Below are positions 50,516 through 60,318 of a stretch of 64,000 nucleotides of DNA, one piece after another; within the stretch, counting starts at the first letter, position 1; each line of letters begins with the position of its first letter. The notes beneath the pieces are model-generated. The model worked only from the letters and a program-made list of their open reading frames with translations. It was not told where the DNA came from and did not search any database. The stretch is from Candidatus Poribacteria bacterium. GTDB taxonomy: Bacteria > Poribacteria > WGA-4E > WGA-3G. A program made the position numbers and the translations under genes. Location: NCBI GenBank assembly GCA_963665235.2, contig CAXXLX010000002.1, forward strand, positions 768,001 through 832,000. The letters are read 5' to 3'.

Positions 50516-50947
50516 TCACTTAGATGATACATTTCGCTTCCGTCCAGTTGGAACTGTTGCCCAATTAGCGTGTCCCCTATAGACCATGACCGCATTAATG
50601 AAGAAATGGGTTGGGTAACGCCAGACATAGGCGACGACTCTTTCATCAGAAATCTCAATCGGCAGGAGCGTCACCCGTTTGCCCTCTATGAGCTCCTTCA
50701 AATATCTAGCGGCTTTTTCGTCTTCGGGGGTGCCTTTTTCCGGGGGGATTATATTCGCTAAACGCACCTTTTCGAACCCCCTTAGTTTTTCCATCCGTTG
50801 TATAGGAGTTTCGGGCAGAAGTGGAAGCATTTTAATGTGTTCAAGAAAACTGCGGTTTTCTTGACTGGAAAATCGCATAACAGTTTCGGTAGGACTCACC
50901 TCAAAAGTATCGCCATCAATGACTTTTTCTACATTATACACATACAT
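50516..50947 (-). CDS. Thermonuclease (SNase)-like protein
   Basis: VIDGDTF, VRL.NI.PPE, L..LI.GK.V, R.VAYV, IN..MV..GHA. Confidence 0.75.
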   Translation of the reverse strand: MYVYNVEKVIDGDTFEVSPTETVMRFSSQENRSFLEHIKMLPLLPETPIQRMEKLRGFEKVRLANIIPPEKGTPEDEKAARYLKELIEGKRVTLLPIEISDERVVAYVWRYPTHFFINAVMVYRGHANWATVPTGRKRNVSSK

Positions 50948-51066
50948 TTTTTTCTCCTCCAGTGTGTTTTAGCTGATAACTGAACAATCGAATTGTAGCA
51001 CAAACCTGCAAAAAAGGCAAACAGAAAAGAGGGGTATAAAATTTTATCAGGAGTTCGGACAGCATC

Positions 51067-52380
51067 TTAAGAGGTGACTGCCCTGACACATCGGAAGCCA
51101 TAGCTGTAATATGTGAAATTGGGGGGAGCCCAACCGCAATAGGCGACTTGCGCGGCACGCTCGCTACTTGCCCAAGACCCCCCACGCAGTACACGAAACG
51201 TTGCAATATGCAAAAAATTGGTTGTGATTTCATCAATGCTGTCAACCATTAAACCGGGGTGTCGACGTGGGGTATTACCATCATGTTCATCAAGACACCA
51301 TTCCCACACATTACCCGCCATATCATACACGCCATAGTCGTTAGGTGGATACTTGCCAACGGGGGTTGTTCTTCCGAGCTGCATGCCGTAATTCGCAAGG
51401 TTTATATCAATTCCATCGCCCCATGGATATATTTTCCCTACTAATCCGCCACGTGCCGCTTTTTCCCATTCCGCTTCAGTTGGCAACCGTTTATTTGTCC
51501 ATTGTGCGTAAGCCATGGCGGCATACCAACTCACATTTACAACCGGATAATCTGCTTTCCCTCTAGGCGGAGTATTGCCATTCCAAGTATTTAAGTAGTT
51601 CCCATCGTGGTAATCTTTAACGATTGTATTTTTCTGCCACTGAGGATTAGCCTCTATAAACGCCTTATATTGTGCATTGGTCACCGGATATTTATCAATC
51701 AAAAATGCATCCATGAAAATTGTTTGTGCGGGCATTTCGCTCGTATTTTCCGCTTTGTCCTGCTCACCCATCTGAAACTCACCGGCAGGAATGAACACCA
51801 TACTATCAGGGACATCGAGATTGGGTGGAACTGATACCGGGTCGGTATTTGAAAGGGGTAATACGGAGATAGTTTCGTGTGTACTTTCTGGCGTTGGCTC
51901 TGCGTTCTCAAGCTCGATTTCGGGGGAAGGCAGGTCAGTCACGGATATCTCTAATGTATCTGCGTCGCTCAGGAATGTCTCCATATATTCTCGCCGCTTT
52001 TGTGTATCTACTAAAGTATCCCGCGCTTGATTTAAAACAGTTCGCCACTGTTCTTCTGTTTTACCATCGGGACGCACGCGCGCACCGGCACCCAACGATG
52101 CCCTATAGCACTTATCGTGAGCAGACTTAACAACGCTTACGATTGCTTGCTCATCTAAACCTTGGATATTTTCTATTGAAAGGTCCAGTACCTCAAAATA
52201 GTTTATCTCCTCCCCGACTACCAAACCGAGAGACTTCAGAATCTCTGTGGCTTCTTCAACAGCCAGCTCGTAATTCTGGACTGCCTGTCTCAGCAACCCA
52301 CGCCGTTGAATATCTGTAATAGTCGGTGATACATTTTTGAAGGTATTAAGGAGTTCAATAAATTCATCACGTTTGGACAT
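51067..52380 (-). CDS. J-like domain + FGE-sulfatase domain protein, paralogue 2
   Basis: NYFEVLD...RPDG...LNQARDTLVD..KRREY; full SUMF1 motif set. Confidence 0.85.
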   Translation of the reverse strand: MSKRDEFIELLNTFKNVSPTITDIQRRGLLRQAVQNYELAVEEATEILKSLGLVVGEEINYFEVLDLSIENIQGLDEQAIVSVVKSAHDKCYRASLGAGARVRPDGKTEEQWRTVLNQARDTLVDTQKRREYMETFLSDADTLEISVTDLPSPEIELENAEPTPESTHETISVLPLSNTDPVSVPPNLDVPDSMVFIPAGEFQMGEQDKAENTSEMPAQTIFMDAFLIDKYPVTNAQYKAFIEANPQWQKNTIVKDYHDGNYLNTWNGNTPPRGKADYPVVNVSWYAAMAYAQWTNKRLPTEAEWEKAARGGLVGKIYPWGDGIDINLANYGMQLGRTTPVGKYPPNDYGVYDMAGNVWEWCLDEHDGNTPRRHPGLMVDSIDEITTNFLHIATFRVLRGGSWASSERAAQVAYCGWAPPNFTYYSYGFRCVRAVTS

Positions 52381-52414
52381 ATCTCATTTCACTTTAAAAA
52401 ATGTGACAAAACCT

Positions 52415-53701
52415 TTAAGATTGGATATCCTTTACACACCGAAAGCCGAAGGTAGGGAGCGTGTCCGTTGGATTACCTTTGAACCGGTAGGCACACCGCA
52501 CACCTGCGGAATCAATTCCCCATGAACCGCCACGCAACACGCGAGTGCTTTTAACGCTTTCGAAGTTTCGCGTTATCCACTCCACACTGTCTATGGCAGA
52601 GAAGGGATTTTGCGGTGAGGAATTCACATAGAAATAGGCATGATACGAATCCAGGCACCACTCCCACACGTTTCCACTTATGTCGTAGAGACCGTATCTG
52701 TTAGCAGGATAATGACCGACTGGTGTGGTATCACCAACATAATAGAAGTAGTTTGCATCGTCAGCACTTATTGAATCTCCCCACGGATATTTCTTGCCTG
52801 TCAAACCGCCCCGTGCGGCCTTCTCCCATTCCGCCTCTGTCGGTAAACGTTTCCCTTTCCACTGTGCGTACGCCATCGCTGCATACCAACTCACATTTAC
52901 AACCGGATGCTCACCTTTTCCACTCGGGTAGGTTTCATCCTCCCAATGCTTCAGGTAGCCTCCATCGTGATAGGCACTAGGAATATGGTCTTTGAACCAC
53001 CGCCGTTTGTGCCACTGTGGGTTAGCATCGACGAATTCCTTGAATTGTGTATTGGTTACCAAGTATTTGTCCATGAAAAATGCGTCGAGAGAAACGGTGT
53101 GAACCGGATGTTCGTCTTCGTTTGCTGCCGGGTCATCACTGCCCATTTGAAAATTGCCCGCTGGGATGAACGCCATGTCTGGCGGTGCGTCGATATTGGG
53201 TGTAACTATCTGATGATTTAATTCCTCAGTCTCAGTTAGCTCAGGCGGAGGCGATGGGTTTTCTTCCGGGAGTGCTTCTGCTTCAGTCTGCTGGAACATA
53301 GCGGCGTGTTCGTGCCTTTTCTGGGGGGCAATCAACGTATCCCGTGCTTGATTTAGAACGGTTCGCCACTGTTCCTCTGTTCTGCCATCGGCGCGGGGAC
53401 GACCCCCCGCCTTTAATGAAGCACTGTATAGGTTTTTGTGCGCTGCTGCCACGCGACTCATGACAGTCGTGTCGTTTAAGTTTTGAATCTCAGCGATTGA
53501 GAATCCCAATACCTCAAAATAGTTCACACGTTCACCGATACCTATTCCCGAGGCGTTGAAAATGTCAGTTGCTTCTTCAACAGTGAGACCGTGCTGCTGA
53601 ACGCCTAATCGGAGAAACCCTTTGCGTTGTTCGGCGGTAATTGTCGGTGAGGCGGTTTTAAGCGCCTTAAGAAATGCTATGAATTCCTCGCGTTTAGACA
53701 T
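52415..53701 (-). CDS. J-like domain + FGE-sulfatase domain protein, paralogue 1
   Basis: NYFEVLG...RADG...LNQARDTLIAPQKR; full SUMF1 motif set. Confidence 0.85.
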   Translation of the reverse strand: MSKREEFIAFLKALKTASPTITAEQRKGFLRLGVQQHGLTVEEATDIFNASGIGIGERVNYFEVLGFSIAEIQNLNDTTVMSRVAAAHKNLYSASLKAGGRPRADGRTEEQWRTVLNQARDTLIAPQKRHEHAAMFQQTEAEALPEENPSPPPELTETEELNHQIVTPNIDAPPDMAFIPAGNFQMGSDDPAANEDEHPVHTVSLDAFFMDKYLVTNTQFKEFVDANPQWHKRRWFKDHIPSAYHDGGYLKHWEDETYPSGKGEHPVVNVSWYAAMAYAQWKGKRLPTEAEWEKAARGGLTGKKYPWGDSISADDANYFYYVGDTTPVGHYPANRYGLYDISGNVWEWCLDSYHAYFYVNSSPQNPFSAIDSVEWITRNFESVKSTRVLRGGSWGIDSAGVRCAYRFKGNPTDTLPTFGFRCVKDIQS

Positions 53702-53716
53702 AGGTTAAACCTTAAA

Positions 53717-55312
53717 CTATTCAACAACAAGGTCTTGTAGCTCCGTTTTTGCCTGTGCAACCTCTTCTTCATCGAGCGTAGGTCTCTCGATAATGGAAAA
53801 GATATCGTAAACCGCCGTGGGACCATCCTCGTCAAGGGATTTTGCTGTCACCTCAAGATTCTGATCCAGATTATATTTGTAGTTTACTTCAATCGGAGAC
53901 CCTTGCGGCAATCCATCGGGCAGTTCAAGGGTACATTCCCCCAATTTATAGTCATCAAATAGCTCAATTTCGCTTTTGTGCCTATCCTGTTCAAGCCCCT
54001 GCACCACTTCGATTAACGCCGAAGTCTGATTCTCATCTACTGTCAAAAACTTATCCGATCTTTCACACGGTATGGCTGTCATTTTGGGAATCATGACATG
54101 GATAATATGTTCGCGCTGTGGATTGAGCACGACGAGCCCGAGGTTGTGTGTAGCTCCATCTGTCACCGTTACCTTCGGTGCACCGTCCGGACCGAGAAAT
54201 CTATCAATAACAGCGTCAGGCATGTCTACTGTTTCGGGATTTCCCTCCGTGAGTTGGCGGAGCGTTCCCTGAATTGCTGCGCCAATCGCGACGACCTCGT
54301 CAGGATTGACTTCGTGTGGATTAATCTCTTTACCGCTGATTGCGGCGATCATTTCCTGGACCATGGGCATCCGAGTTGAGCCGCCCACCAATAGGATTTT
54401 GTCAACATCCGCCCAGGCCATTTCTGCCTCAGATAGGACAACGTCACACAAGGAGCGACACCTTTCGAGCAGGTCTGCGGTAAGTTCTGTAAATTTTTCG
54501 CCCGTTAATTCTACACGGGTCGTCTTTCCGTTGTATCCACAGACAATTAAGGCGCGCTGCCGCAAGGACAAAGATTCTTTTGCCCCGATTGCATCCATTT
54601 GAAGGTCCTGATATGTGTGAAGATCAGCTAGCGGATTTTCGCCGTGTTCAATTTCAAACATTTCAGCGACGTGTGTGATGATTTTATCGTCCCAATCCTT
54701 GCCGCCCAACCTATGGTCCCCGTTTGTCGCAAGCATCTGTATTTCCGATTCAGAAACCTTCATGATGGTTACGTCAAATGTTCCGCCGCCGAGGTCGAAC
54801 ACGAAGACATTTTGGTCGCTGCCCAATTGGTCAATGCCGTATGCTAGGGCGGCAGCGGTGGGCTCGTTTAGGACTTGCAGGACGTTCAATCCTGCGATTT
54901 TTCCAGCGTTGCGGGTTGCTTCCCTTTCAGCGTCATGAAAATAGGCGGGAACGGTGATGACCGCATCGGTAACCTCTTCATTCAGATAGGTTTCAGCATC
55001 CTGCTTGAGTTTTGTTAAGATAAGGGCGGAGAGTTCTTCAGGTGAATAATCCTTGTCGTTGAATGAGCGAAAAAATTCCTCTTTGGATTTACCCATCTCG
55101 CGTTTGACAAATTCCACAATCTGTTCGGGAACAGCTCTCGCGTTCTGTTTCGCAATCTTCCCAACCGTTATAAGAGTGTCCTCAAACATAATTACCGACG
55201 GGGTAATCCGCTCATTTTCTATATTGGGAATAATTTCCGCTTGTCCATGTTCATTGATGTGCGCTATCGCTGAAAACGTTGTCCCGAGATCGATTCCTAC
55301 AACCTTACCCAT
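53717..55312 (-). CDS. Atypical Hsp70 (no helical lid)
   Basis: [37 protein letters not shown]; 531 aa, ends shortly after the beta-SBD. Confidence 0.92.
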   Translation of the reverse strand: MGKVVGIDLGTTFSAIAHINEHGQAEIIPNIENERITPSVIMFEDTLITVGKIAKQNARAVPEQIVEFVKREMGKSKEEFFRSFNDKDYSPEELSALILTKLKQDAETYLNEEVTDAVITVPAYFHDAEREATRNAGKIAGLNVLQVLNEPTAAALAYGIDQLGSDQNVFVFDLGGGTFDVTIMKVSESEIQMLATNGDHRLGGKDWDDKIITHVAEMFEIEHGENPLADLHTYQDLQMDAIGAKESLSLRQRALIVCGYNGKTTRVELTGEKFTELTADLLERCRSLCDVVLSEAEMAWADVDKILLVGGSTRMPMVQEMIAAISGKEINPHEVNPDEVVAIGAAIQGTLRQLTEGNPETVDMPDAVIDRFLGPDGAPKVTVTDGATHNLGLVVLNPQREHIIHVMIPKMTAIPCERSDKFLTVDENQTSALIEVVQGLEQDRHKSEIELFDDYKLGECTLELPDGLPQGSPIEVNYKYNLDQNLEVTAKSLDEDGPTAVYDIFSIIERPTLDEEEVAQAKTELQDLVVE

Positions 55313-56000
55313 CCGTGTTACCTCCTTTCTCCGCTAAAGGCGGTTGCTCTGTAGCAGGCGTATAACGAAAGATAGTGACCTCCTCCGGTCGGAACACTTT
55401 ATCTCGCCAGTTGAACCCGATTTTATGAACTTCCGCAATTTTGCCATCCTGCTCCGGATCATCGGACGAGATGACCTTCCGTGTTTTGTGCAATTGTCGG
55501 TCAAGTGTTTGTAGCGTATCCTTATAAGGGGTCACGTCCATACGGTATAGCACTTCTTCAAGTTCAAAACGGAAGTTCTCCAAATTCTTTTGATAACGTG
55601 CCAGCTCATCCGGAAGACTATTCGCCTCGTTATCAACTATAATCTCATTGAGTTGTGTTTCAAGTAAAACAAAACTATCGTAAAGCTGGAGCAGGTTATG
55701 GATAATCGGTTTGTGAAGCACTTCAAGCAGGAATTGCTCCTTATACTCTTTCATCTCAGCGTACATTTTGTCGAACATCTGTGTCTGATTCTGGTTCCGC
55801 GCAATTTCCTTTTCAAATAAAGCTTGCAACGTTGTTAACTGTTGATTTAGCTCCGTGAGCGCAGTTGATTGAAGTAATTCAGCATCGGTTTGCCGCCGTG
55901 TATCAGCAGCGGCCCTATTTTCTTGACGGCGTAAAGCTGCGTCCGTTTCCACACCGGGCTTTGGTCTGGTATCCTCTTTTCCATTCACGTCGTTAGACAA
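55305..56000 (-). CDS. grpE: GrpE-like nucleotide exchange factor
   Basis: Coiled coil, LL.LYD, H.......D...I.EV...GF....VFRP..V; AAGGAGG RBS before TTG at 56000; overlaps Hsp70 start. Confidence 0.8.
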   Translation of the reverse strand: MSNDVNGKEDTRPKPGVETDAALRRQENRAAADTRRQTDAELLQSTALTELNQQLTTLQALFEKEIARNQNQTQMFDKMYAEMKEYKEQFLLEVLHKPIIHNLLQLYDSFVLLETQLNEIIVDNEANSLPDELARYQKNLENFRFELEEVLYRMDVTPYKDTLQTLDRQLHKTRKVISSDDPEQDGKIAEVHKIGFNWRDKVFRPEEVTIFRYTPATEQPPLAEKGGNTDG

Positions 56001-56218
56001 AATTGAATCCTCCTTGCATAGACAAAAGTGTTTTACTGCCAATAGAATATCATAAACAGAAAAAAAAGTCACGTTTAAAATTCGATTCGGGGAGTGTCCA
56101 TTTTGTCAAAGGAATAGAGAGGAAGTTTGAAGGTTGGAAGGATAGCTCACCGCTTAAATGGGACGTTTGTAGGCGCGCTTACAAAGAACGCCTACAAACG
56201 ATAGAGGGGTGCCTATTT

Positions 56219-56410
56219 TAACGTGAGTTTGGAAAAAGTTTTCCCTTAGTATTCGGGCAACCAGCTCGCTCCGTAGGGACGATATATTTATAGAAAAAGA
56301 CGTTTCCATCCTAATTCTTAGTCCCAGTATTCGGGCAAGCAGCCCGCTCTTTAAGGACGATATGTTTATAGGGGTTAGGCAAACCGACATTTATTATCAA
56401 ACTCACGTTA
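56219..56410. mobile_element. MITE (taacgtgagtttg TIR family) with two internal REP-like units
   Basis: taacgtgagtttg...caaactcacgtta; internal unit is the reverse complement of 60691-60756. Confidence 0.8.
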
Positions 56411-58873
56411 TTTTAGAATTAACATACGACGCGTCGCTGAAAAGGAGCCCGCCTGAATCTGATAGAAATAGATACCGGAAGCGACATGTTCACTTAAGTT
56501 GTTACTGCCATCCCAATAGGCAGCCCGTGAACGGTTGCGATAATATCCTGCCCCCTTATGCCCTAGGTCAAGCGAGCGAACAACGGTGCCAGCGACATCG
56601 TAAATGGTAACCCTGACTGTCGCCGCCTCACTGAGTTGGTAGGGTATCCAAGTTTCCGGATTAAATGGATTCGGATAATTTTGTAGAAGACGCGGTGTTT
56701 CAGGGTGAGGCGACATTTCAAGCGTAACAGAGATGAAGCCTGTTTCAAGCATATCCGGCGTAACAGTGTATACTTGCGAGTCCCCTATAATATTACCCTC
56801 TGAATCAGCAATCCGAATTTCGAGAATATCACCGGCTTGAACGACAGCGTTCTGCATCAAATCACCGAAGGCAGCAGCGAAATACCCACGCCGCACAACA
56901 TCAATAACGGTGGTATGGGTCCGCTTGTTTGTTGCCCTGACAGTGTAACCTTCGGCAGTGTAGGGAAGCTTTCCGCTGACGACAAATGCCCACGTGTTCC
57001 CTGAACTGTTTACAGCGGGTGCAGCGAAGGCAGTCGGGGCATTTCCCCAAGCGTTTCCTCTGAACACAACAGTTTGGGCGGTTGGGACGTTAACAATATA
57101 TCCTTGTCCGCCCATAATTTCAAACCCATCGTCCGGTGCGTCTGCTGTAAACCCTTCAAATCTTTGATGCTGCGTATTGAACCGGATAAGCACTGTCGCA
57201 GCCAATTCTGTCATCAAAGTTCTAGCGGTGTAGGGTAAGTTCGGCTTAAGCGGAAGCGCAATCATATTCAAACCTTTTGCGAGCTCAACCGAAAAGGCGG
57301 GCTGTTCAAGAATAGCGAAGATAGTCGTAGTTCCGCTAACTTCGTTCCCCGTAACGAGGAGTGGATATTCTATAGGGCTGTCCGCTGCGTTGATGTACAG
57401 AATACCCTCCGGCCCGTGATCGCCGGCTGTGCTCTCTTCAGCATTGCCAGTGAAATCCCGATTGTTAATATACTGTACGAATTGGGGATGGGACGGGTCG
57501 GATATATCGTAAACGACAATTCCGCCGACGCGTTCGAACCCGATGAAAGCGTAAGTGTGTGCTCCAATCTGTCCGACCGCTATCCCTTCAGGCTCAGGGC
57601 CTTTATCGTCACTTCGCGTGTCGAAAGAATCGTTTTTGTCGTTGTTTGCATTGAAATCGTTCGGAATTAACGTGGCGGTGAGCTGTTCAAAGGCATCACC
57701 GCTATCAAAGATGAGTTGGCCATCTGCGCTCCAAATGGAGAAGGACCGCGCGCCATAATTGTAAATTGCTTCATGGAGACCATCACCATCCGCGTCTCCG
57801 GAGGCTGTTGTGGTTTTCAGTCGGCCTAGATTCTCAGATTCTTGGAGTTCTTCAGCATCAGTAAAAACCGTCGGATCCAATTCTAAATCGGCCACGCGAA
57901 CTTCCTCACTAAAACAGTCGTAGTCGCGAGCATCCCCTTCGTTTGCTGTAATCAGGAATGTTTCCCCGCCGGTCGTAAACGCTACGATGGCATCAGGTTG
58001 ATACATTCCACTGACCGGCCAGTTAGCGATATTAATTCCATCATCTTTGTCGCTTGCATCGAGACCACTGCCCTCCGCATAATTTTTGTATCCGAGCGGA
58101 AAGATGTTTGTCACCGTCGCGCTTGCTATGTTTAACACAGCAATTGCATTGTTTTCTTGAAGGACAACCCACGCTGTGCTAGAATCGGGAGCTACAGCGA
58201 TGTACTCCGGTTCGAGGTCCTGTGCAACAGTTGCCCCAGGGCCAAAGATGCGAATATCCGGGTGGATATTTTCGTGAGTGAAATGCCTAAAGTCGGCTGT
58301 ACGAACGTCGTTTTGGGTGAGATTCGCCACGCCATTTTTGAGTTCGATAACGCTTATTGAACCCTCCGGATCGCCGGCTTCCCCCGGAACACAATATTCG
58401 TCCGGTTCACCTTCATTTGCGACAAGAAGATAACGTCCATTAGGCGTGAAGATTAGCATATCCGGCAATGGGCCTACTGTCACCGCATTTAGAAATTCAC
58501 CGTCCGGGTTGAAAAAGACAGCTTTACCTGGGGCCTGTTTCAGCTCGGCTTCTATTGCGACCGCTACGACCCCATTATGCACAGCAACACTGTTAGCACT
58601 AGCACCATAAGCGGCAATGTCGATTTGAAAAAGGCGAACTGGCGTAGAGGGGGTGTTAATGTCCAGAACGTCGATATTACCGGAGTCGGCGTTCACTACA
58701 TAAAGCCGCTGGGTTTTGACATCATGTGCAACAATTTCTGCGGCGGATTCGTCAAAAATTCCACTTTGATATGTCCCGAGAGGTTGAATATCAAGTTGTG
58801 AAATAGCTGCTGAATTAAAGATAAATAATAGAAGTAAGCAGACCATTGACTTACTGCAAACTATCTTTTGCAT
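56408..58873 (-). CDS. Choice-of-anchor I (alkaline-phosphatase-associated propeller) protein with FlgD/T9SS-like C-terminal domain
   Basis: AAEIVAHD, ANEGEP, DLEPEYI, MYQPD, RSDDKGPEPEG; LLQNYPNPFNPETWIPYQL...SGIYFYQI. Confidence 0.88.
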   Translation of the reverse strand: MQKIVCSKSMVCLLLLFIFNSAAISQLDIQPLGTYQSGIFDESAAEIVAHDVKTQRLYVVNADSGNIDVLDINTPSTPVRLFQIDIAAYGASANSVAVHNGVVAVAIEAELKQAPGKAVFFNPDGEFLNAVTVGPLPDMLIFTPNGRYLLVANEGEPDEYCVPGEAGDPEGSISVIELKNGVANLTQNDVRTADFRHFTHENIHPDIRIFGPGATVAQDLEPEYIAVAPDSSTAWVVLQENNAIAVLNIASATVTNIFPLGYKNYAEGSGLDASDKDDGINIANWPVSGMYQPDAIVAFTTGGETFLITANEGDARDYDCFSEEVRVADLELDPTVFTDAEELQESENLGRLKTTTASGDADGDGLHEAIYNYGARSFSIWSADGQLIFDSGDAFEQLTATLIPNDFNANNDKNDSFDTRSDDKGPEPEGIAVGQIGAHTYAFIGFERVGGIVVYDISDPSHPQFVQYINNRDFTGNAEESTAGDHGPEGILYINAADSPIEYPLLVTGNEVSGTTTIFAILEQPAFSVELAKGLNMIALPLKPNLPYTARTLMTELAATVLIRFNTQHQRFEGFTADAPDDGFEIMGGQGYIVNVPTAQTVVFRGNAWGNAPTAFAAPAVNSSGNTWAFVVSGKLPYTAEGYTVRATNKRTHTTVIDVVRRGYFAAAFGDLMQNAVVQAGDILEIRIADSEGNIIGDSQVYTVTPDMLETGFISVTLEMSPHPETPRLLQNYPNPFNPETWIPYQLSEAATVRVTIYDVAGTVVRSLDLGHKGAGYYRNRSRAAYWDGSNNLSEHVASGIYFYQIQAGSFSATRRMLILK

Positions 58874-58893
58874 AGTGTATATGTGCTCTTTAT

Positions 58894-60302
58894 CAAATCT
58901 TCCGCTACAAAACCCCCATGCTTTAGCTGGGGGATGTAGTAGCGGCGCATGAGTTGAAATTTTAATTTGACTTTTCCTGAAAAATGGGGTATACTCTATT
59001 TAATGCCTTAGCGGAGAATCTATAGACTTCTCCGCCCCTTTTTAGAGGCAGGTAGCAACTTTTCAAGGCAGGATACCCTTAGATGTATACCACAAAATAC
59101 AAACTTTTTCGTGCCCCGCGTAATCGTAATCTCAAGCGTTTAACGTGGGTGGCCCATGATGTTTGGAACTATTTTTTAGGTTGGCAGCGGACGCGCTATT
59201 CTCTTGGTCTTGCGTATATGTCGCTTCCTGAGATGTCGCGTGCCTTTACCGTCCTTAGGAACTCACATCCTGAAGTGTTTTCGCATTGGCGTGAGTTAGA
59301 CTCTTGGGCGGCGCGTGATATACTGCGGCGTTTAGACACCGGGTATCAGCGTTTTTTTAAGTGTATTGCGAAGCGTCCGCCTAAGTTTCGTTCATGGCGC
59401 AAACCGTATTCATTCACAATGTCCCCCTCTGGCTATAGTTTCTATGGTGATAGGGTCCGTATAATGGAAAAACAATATCGGTTTAATCTAAGCCGCGAGA
59501 TAGTAGGTAATATTAAGACAGTCACTATCAAAGCAGATAGCGTTGGTGACTTCTATATGTGTGTTGTAACAGATGACACCGTATCTGAAATCCTACCTAA
59601 GACGGGTAGTGCTGCAGGGTATGATTTCGGTATCAAAACGATGTTCACCTGTTCCGATGGCACAGCCTATGCGTCTCCTGAGTTCTATAAAACCTCTATG
59701 GCGGATTTGTCTGTAGCCCAACGTGCCCATGCTAAGAAAGTAAAGGGTAGCAACAACTGTGAGCGTTCCCGCTTAAATGTGGCGCGCAAACACCGTAAAA
59801 TCAAGAGACAACGTGAGGATCATCATTGGAAACTCGCGAAGCGTTTTGTGCATGAACAAGATCACCTCTGTTTTGAGACGTTGACTTTTGAGGGGATGAA
59901 ACGGTTGTGGGGGTGTCAAGTTTCTGATATTGCGCCCTACTCGTTTCATCAAAAGTTGCAACATCAAGCGGTCAAACACGGTAAAGAGGTTCACTATATT
60001 GACCGTTTTGAACCGACTTCTAAGACTTGTAGCCACTGTGGACAGCGAAAACAGCAGCTGGACTTGTCTGTTCGTCAATGGTGTTGTTCTACTTGCCATC
60101 AGAAACACCATCGTGACGTTAACGCTGCGATAAATATTTTAAAGGTTGGGGCGTCAACCTTTGGATTAGAGGATGTCAGCCTTGCTATTGCGAGCAGCCC
60201 TCGCAGACTTCACCCGAAGTCTATACCCCACAATCCGCACCAGAAAGCATGGGATTCACTTTCAAAAGAATCCCCCTTGCTTTAGCTGGGGGAGTATGTC
60301 AA
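58894..60302 (+). mobile_element. IS200/IS605-family tnpB-only element (IS1341-like)
   Basis: Matching hairpins ccccc.tgctttagctggggg at both ends; right end ...gagtatgTCAA; TTGACT-17-TATACT promoter. Confidence 0.9.
59083..60285 (+). CDS. tnpB: TnpB RNA-guided nuclease (canonical D-E-D)
   Basis: GYDFG, LCFETL, PTSKTCSHC...CSTC, HRDVNAAINI. Confidence 0.93.
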   Translation: MYTTKYKLFRAPRNRNLKRLTWVAHDVWNYFLGWQRTRYSLGLAYMSLPEMSRAFTVLRNSHPEVFSHWRELDSWAARDILRRLDTGYQRFFKCIAKRPPKFRSWRKPYSFTMSPSGYSFYGDRVRIMEKQYRFNLSREIVGNIKTVTIKADSVGDFYMCVVTDDTVSEILPKTGSAAGYDFGIKTMFTCSDGTAYASPEFYKTSMADLSVAQRAHAKKVKGSNNCERSRLNVARKHRKIKRQREDHHWKLAKRFVHEQDHLCFETLTFEGMKRLWGCQVSDIAPYSFHQKLQHQAVKHGKEVHYIDRFEPTSKTCSHCGQRKQQLDLSVRQWCCSTCHQKHHRDVNAAINILKVGASTFGLEDVSLAIASSPRRLHPKSIPHNPHQKAWDSLSKESPLL

Positions 60303-60318
60303 AGCTACTTGAATTTAA

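Noticed and set aside
48279-53701. Complete DGR at the FGE paralogues
   Set aside because: No reverse transcriptase, Avd or template repeat with adenine-specific mismatches is visible in the window
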